A stretch of DNA of 64,000 nt from Utricularia gibba (lineage: Eukaryota; Plantae; Magnoliophyta), in assembly GCA_002189035.1 (NCBI GenBank), contig NEEC01000007.1, positions 3,100,001 through 3,164,000 of the forward strand, given 5' to 3'. The position numbers were made by a program, and so were the translations under genes. This document shows positions 57,950 through 64,000 of this stretch, piece by piece. Below the pieces are notes generated by a model, which saw only the letters and a list, made by a program, of their open reading frames with translations, made no database searches and had not been told where the DNA came from. How positions within the stretch are numbered: position 1 is the stretch's first letter; each line of letters opens with the position of its first letter.

Positions 57950-58270
57950 GAAATGCATATCGTGATCACATTCCGATCAGCCCACATTTTCGATGGGCCT
58001 GAATGATATGGATCATCCTTGGGCCATAACAAGTTTTTAATTACATTATTTTTATTTGCATATTTGAAAAAAATTAATATATGAGAAATTCAAAGTTTTT
58101 TTTTTTTTCAGCCATTGGTTTAGCCATAAAATACAATGGACGAAATCTTATTATTATAATTAAATTGTCGTATTTATTTATATTTGGTTTTATTGGAGGA
58201 ACAAAAAAAATGGCAAATATTTGCTGGCGGGCACGTGGGTTCTGCGCTGGACTTCACCTATAAGAAATCG
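57950..58270. promoter_or_regulatory. Short shared (divergent) promoter region of PGR and HMGR
   Basis: Site-II motifs AGCCCA/TGGGCC at 57979-58025 on the PGR side; G-box CACGTG 58232-58237 and TATAAG 58259-58264 on the HMGR side. Confidence 0.6.
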
Positions 58271-58352
58271 GCAGCCGGAAGAGCGCATACCTCCCCTCGC
58301 CATTTTTGGATCCTCGATTTACTGCCTCTTTTCCGCCGCAGTCGACGCGACT

Positions 58353-60794
58353 ATGGACGTCCGCCGGAGGCCCACCGTCACCGCCAGAGCTGCAGATCAT
58401 CACCAGAAACCCGAGCCTAGAGCCTCCGACGCGCTCCCGCTCCCCTTGTATTTGACCAACGGCTTTTTCCTGGGTGTATTCTGCGCCTCCACGTACTTTC
58501 TGTACCGTCGCTGGACATACAAGACGCAGAACTCAATCCCTCTTCATTCTCTCACATTCTACGAGCTCTCCGGCGTCATAGGTCTCGTCGCCTCGATCAT
58601 CTACCTCCTCGGCTTCTTTGGGATCGATTTTGTGCAGTCTTTTATTAACAAGCACGAGAATTACGATGACAACCAACGATTTATTCTTGACGAGAACCGT
58701 AACATTCATTGTCCTCTGCCGCCGAAGCCCATTTCCCGGCCGAAAATCGACATGGATCTCCCTGTGGAGGATGAGGAGATCGTGAATCGTGTTGTTTCTG
58801 GTGAAATTCCGTCTTATTCATTGGAATCAAAGCTTGGGGACTGTTTTAGGGCGGCGAAGATTCGTCGTGAGGCAATCCAGAGGCAGACTGGGAGATCCCT
58901 GGAGGGGCTGCCTCTAGAAGGGTTTGATTATGATTCAATTTTAGGGCAATGCTGCGAATTGCCGGTAGGATACGTACAGATTCCGGTGGGGGTAGTGGGG
59001 CCCTTGTTATTGAACGGATGCGAGTACTTGTTGCCCATGGCGACTACCGAAGGCTGCTTGGTAGCAAGCACGAACAGAGGTTGCAAGGCAATTTACGCCT
59101 CAGGCGGTGCAGATTGCGTTCTTTTTCGTGATGGAATGACAAGGGCTCCGGTGGTAAGGTTCCCAACAGCAAAGAGAGCCACGGAACTGAAATTCTTTCT
59201 GGAAGATCCACTCAATTTCGACACGCTATCCGTCATTTTCAACAAGTAAGCAAATCATGCGTTTTGGTTGCCTCCCATTATCTACTGTTTCCATGAGATA
59301 GTTTACAGTTTTCGCCATTTGTAAGTTCAATCCCAGAATTCTTTCCTGTCATATTCAGCATATGCAAAACCAGGGGTTCCCTTTCCGTCTCCATAATTGA
59401 TGTTCTTTATCCATGCATGATGCTTCTTCTGAGTTGCTGAGTGCCCTTCTGCCTTCTGAAATGCTTGAGCACTATTTGTGCAGGTCAAGTAGATTCGCAA
59501 GACTTCAGAGTGTGAATTGTGCCATTGCGGGGAAGAACCTGTACATTAGATTTTGCTCCAGCACAGGTGACGCCATGGGTATGAACATGATCTCGAAATG
59601 TGTTCAGAATGTTCTTGATTTCCTCCGGAATGACTTCCCAGATATGGATGTTATCGGCATCTCCGGTTAGTCCTCCCTTTATGTCTGTTTCTTCCACTAC
59701 TCCCTACAGCTTGGCGCGCACACATACCACCACCCATATGGCTTTACTTTTTTAGTATCTATTTTTCTCCATTTTTTTGCCTCATAGTTTTGAGAATAAT
59801 CAAAATAATAACGATATTTTCACCATAATGTTTCGAAATAAGATTTGTGGTGATCTTTTGGTGGTAGAAGATGTTGAAATTTAGATAATGAACTTGTTTT
59901 TTTATTGAAACTTTAGTTGATGTTTTAGTTAAATGATTTGGATTCTATTTTTTAATTTTCATTCTCGTCTTTCGGAAAATTCATTTTGACAATGTGTATC
60001 TACTATAACCGCAGTCCTTTTGTTGTTTGAGGAGTTGGCTGCGTCATACTTTTACCTTTGCATTCTTCTCTGGGAATCTTGACTGGGCATTGGTATCCTA
60101 ACGCAAACGTTTCTCTTGTGTGTGTATATGCAGGAAATTTCTGCTCAGACAAGAAACCAGCAGCGATCAACTGGATTGAAGGTCGTGGAAAATCAGTGGT
60201 CTGTGAATCTACAATATCCGGAGATGTGGTATCCAAGGTGCTAAAAACAACAGTCGCTGCCCTCATCGAACTCAACATGCTCAAGAACCTGGCTGGCTCG
60301 GCTGTGGCTGGTTCTCTCGGTGGGTTCAACGCGCATGCTGCCAACATAGTCTCCGCAATCTTCATTGCTACTGGCCAGGATCCAGCCCAAAATATCGAGA
60401 GCTCCCATTGCATTACCATGGTCGAAGGCGTCAACGGTGGGAAGGATCTTCACGTATCAGTCACCATGCCCTGCATCGAGGTACATACCTACACCTACCC
60501 ACCTCACTCAAAATATCGGAAGCATGATGATGCAACAATGGCTTTCCGCAGGTTGGCACCATCGGCGGAGGAACGCAGTTGGCATCACAATCCGCCTGCC
60601 TCGACCTACTGGGTGTCAGGGGCGCCAACAAGGAGTCACCAGGTTCCAACTCCCAGCTCCTTGCCAGAATCATCGCCGGCGCCGTGTTGGCAGGAGAACT
60701 CTCCCTGCTGTCCGCCCTCTCCGCCGGCCACCTGGTGAAGAGCCACATGAAATACAATCGGTCCAGCCGGGATGTCACCAAGCTTGGCTCTTAG
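58353..60794 (+). CDS. HMGR: 3-hydroxy-3-methylglutaryl-CoA reductase, 4 exons (58353-59245, 59484-59665, 60134-60480, 60552-60794), intact
   Basis: MDVRRRP N-terminus, [88 protein letters not shown]; internal exons of 182 and 347 nt as in the conserved plant gene structure. Confidence 0.97.
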
Positions 60795-63639
60795 CAGAAG
60801 ATATATCTCATCACAGCTCCGATGTGTGTTGGTTCATTCCTCATCTGTTGCTCTCTGGGAGCTGCTGCTGCTGCTGCTGGTTTGTGGGTCCGGTCCATGT
60901 GAGTCTGGCACCGTTGCCATCAGCTGGCGCCGGGACCGGCCCCAGCAATCACGTGAAGTGCTTGGCCTCTTGAAGATTTAGATGCTCCCCATGTGAATCT
61001 GCCCTACCACTCTATTTTTTTTTTAGGTTTTGTTGTGTTTTTATGCCCATTTAAATCTCTTTCATTCTTGTAACTCGTTTCATTCCCAAAATGCAGTGTT
61101 TTAAAATGCTTACTGAGTAAATTAAGGACCGCTTGATAGGGTGAAAATGTATCTACATTTTTTTATTTTTAATAAATACAAATGTTTGGTAAAACACATG
61201 TTTGATAATTTTCATTATTTCAAAAATACCTTTCAAATATTTCAACAAAGAAAATTGAAAATTCATTCTCTAGTGCAGTCTTGCATATCCTTATTGTGAT
61301 TGTTTTTTCTTTGTTTTGTATCTTTCTCATCCAATAAAAACAGCAATCATTACTTTTTTGAGTGCATATAGGCGGGTATCTTTCAATCGTTTTCCTGGTT
61401 TCTTACCATTTTTATGAATCCCTTGAATGGTAATATCATGAAAAACACAGTGATTGGAAATCTCTAATGTTGATTTTTTTTTCTTACTATGCATTTTCAA
61501 AAATTTAATTGTGCTTTATATGACTAATTCACAGCTGCCTCTAAAAATTGATTTTAATTAAAAAGATGTTGATTAAAGTTTTTTTATAATTTCTTCTTAA
61601 TTGAAAAATGAGGCTTGTAGTATTTGGGGTTGCACAATGGGAAAACACATGTTTCTGTTGATAGTAATTATATTTCATCTTAAAACGTTATATTTGATTT
61701 CATTTGAAAGAAACTTGGCTACTCATATGTTGCCAAAATGCCCCAGTAAATTTAATATTTAAATGATCTAATTTCTAATGATAATGATGTATGTTTTTTG
61801 ACATTGAAAATATGTAAATACATGTTTATAAAATTTCGCCCATATTAAAAGACCAAGGCCGCTTGAAATATGGAAAATATGTGAACGTAACTGAAACATT
61901 AGTCATTTTCCAAGGAATTTTAGTCCATGATAAAGAAAAATCTGGGGCTCATTTGTTAACATATTTTAGTTATATCCTACTCAATGTGAGTGATATTAAT
62001 TTATACCAAAATATGTAATTTAAAAAATAAGCATGTTTTGAATAAAGTTTTATTTAATATATGATTATTTATAGTGTATTTTATAAGAATTTTTATAATT
62101 TGATTTATATTTAATTTTACTAAAATACTCTGTCATTTTTAGTTAATTATTAGATATTATTATATATTAATCTAATGTTAAGTTATCCAATTTAGGATTT
62201 ATATTAATAAATATTGTATTTCCTTAGAAAAATATTATTTTCCTATTTTGTATATATTTTCTGTCTTTTTTTCGTGCACTTTGACTAAGACATATCAGGA
62301 GATTGTCGTGGGTCAGACTCTGACTTTTCGTGTCTTGTACATGATTTGGAACGATTGCGAATGGAAGATTGACACCAGTCAAGGCCTCTAATTTAGGGCA
62401 TGTCAGAGTTTGCAGAAATGATTGAGTGCTCACTTATACGCAAAGGAAAGTTACTAGCACACGCAAGACCGAAGTAATGATGGAAAAGGGATTCAAAGGA
62501 GTTAATGCATGTTGAGAGTGATATAAAAGCAATTTGAAGCAATCTATTTCGAACCTTTGCCATTTTCTTTCTAAACTTAAAACTTTTGAGTTCTTTCTTC
62601 CCTCCAAGGAAGAAGAACACTTAGCTTTCATTTTCATTATGTTTTTACGACCCTTTGTAGCTAAAACCCTTAAGTTTCTGGGAGAAGATGAAGTTTCCTT
62701 CCAAGTCTTGAGCAATACACTCGGTTCTTCGCTAAATTCATTTCGGATTCTGCATACACTCAGTTCCTCCCCTCCAATGCGTCTTATTACAGTCTTTCTG
62801 TAATGACTCCAAGTCAAGGTCCATGAGCAGCAGGCTACTCCTCGTGGATTTTGGTGAAGATCAAGGTGAAGATCACCAACTCCAACCCTGCCGGTTTGAG
62901 GGAAGTAGTGTATTGTTTGCGACCTAGGTACAGCGACAGTGGACAGGTTGTGATCTCAAACCTACCACTGGCCATTGGCAACAGATGGGTATACGTGCAC
63001 AATTCGGTTTTGAAGGCAATCGACGGCAATCTTCTTGTCTTCTTAATCATCCAAGGGGGAATCACGTGAGGCTATTCTTGTGCCTCCTTGTCAATCAAAG
63101 TGTAAGGGAGAGTAGGTTATTCCTTGCTCCTATAACCAGCTATTCGGAAGAAATAAGTAAAAATCAAGGTAAAGAAAGACAAAGGAAGGAAACGAAAAAA
63201 AATTTTACTTGGTGCCCATCACTTAGGTTATATATTTTATTTATGCATTTCACAAACACCCTTTTATAAAACCGTGACATTTTGTAGAAGTTTCTTACAA
63301 AACACTTTTCATGAAAAACAACTCTCTGAGATTAATACTTGTACTACGCTTTTTGGTGTTATACGTTTTAAATATTTAAAATTTGTTGAGTAAACGACAT
63401 GCAACACTCACATTTGAATATATTTTTATATAAATAGTGTGCTTCCAATTAACGAGAAAGATAGGTCTAAATATTGAATTTTTACAACCTTTCTACCATT
63501 TAAAAATTTTGATGGATACATTCAAATTAAGTTTATATATATATTTTTTTTCATTATGTTGTGGTTTAAAATCGGTTTAAGGGTAGTATCGCTGATGTTT
63601 AAGGGTAAATCAATAATTGGATGATTTACCAAGTGGCAT

Positions 63640-64000
63640 TCCTATTTTGATATTTTGAAAGCGGTAAAGGTGGGGGTGAAGACTTTTTATATGAAAATCA
63701 TCATAATGAAAAACCATGAAGTTGAGGGAACTTACCGAAAGAAATTGGTTTTATTATGGAAAAAGGGAGAAAATTATAAGGGGCGACATGACTGCAGAAT
63801 ATGGAATCCTCGTCTCTTGAAGTGGAACTCGTATTTATAGGGGAGCCCACCTGACTGACTTTGAAAGAATCAGTAGCTTTCTACACATGACAGGATATGC
63901 TGGTCTGATTTGTGGTTCTACTTATAGATAACCAATGTCTGCTTGGAATTCCCGTAGGTCGGTGGCCGTTCATGCTATTATGAATTCCTACAACCATTGT
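63640..64000. mobile_element. Tat-family LTR fragment (runs off window end)
   Basis: GGTGAAGACTTTTTAT...GAAAAACCATGAAG...GGGAGAAAAT resembles the same block in the 40398 and 53745 LTRs. Confidence 0.55.

Noticed and set aside
58221-58352. N-terminal extension of HMGR suggested by the ORF track
   Set aside because: It starts at TTG and spans the G-box and TATA; MDVRRRP at 58353 is the canonical start.
60003-60973. Alternative-frame and antisense ORFs over HMGR exons 3-4; apparent frameshift near 60480
   Set aside because: Explained by a normal 71-nt intron (60481-60551); the others are shadow ORFs.
62280-63070. Possible MULE or LINE coding remnant
   Set aside because: Only vague motif resemblance (e.g. 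CEWKID); I cannot support a family assignment without a search.

Overview
Eukaryotic plant (angiosperm) nuclear DNA: AT-rich intergenic sequence, GT-AG spliced genes and heavily nested transposons. No rRNA, tRNA or CRISPR was seen. Genes in order: two divergent enone/quinone-oxidoreductase (2-methylene-furan-3-one reductase-like) pseudogenes, an intact SAUR, an XRN3-like 5'-3' exoribonuclease (lacks the zinc-knuckle segment; one -1 frameshift), an intact HVA22-like gene, a 5'-truncated and frameshifted CKI1-like histidine kinase, and an intact head-to-head PGR (DUF92)/HMG-CoA reductase pair. Repeats: two decayed Ty1/copia elements, several Ty3/gypsy remnants and solo LTRs, MITEs, a TRIM, and a complete 13.9-kb Tat/Retand element (40398-54290, TSD AAATG). 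That element carries a hAT transposon (perfect 8-bp TSD) at its PPT/LTR junction and a decayed, spliced antisense gene with its own TATA promoter. The most interesting items are that antisense gene beside a tandem-repeat block, the HMGR-DUF92 pair, and the zinc-knuckle-less XRN3 paralog. Family calls come from motif recognition by eye; no database search was run.
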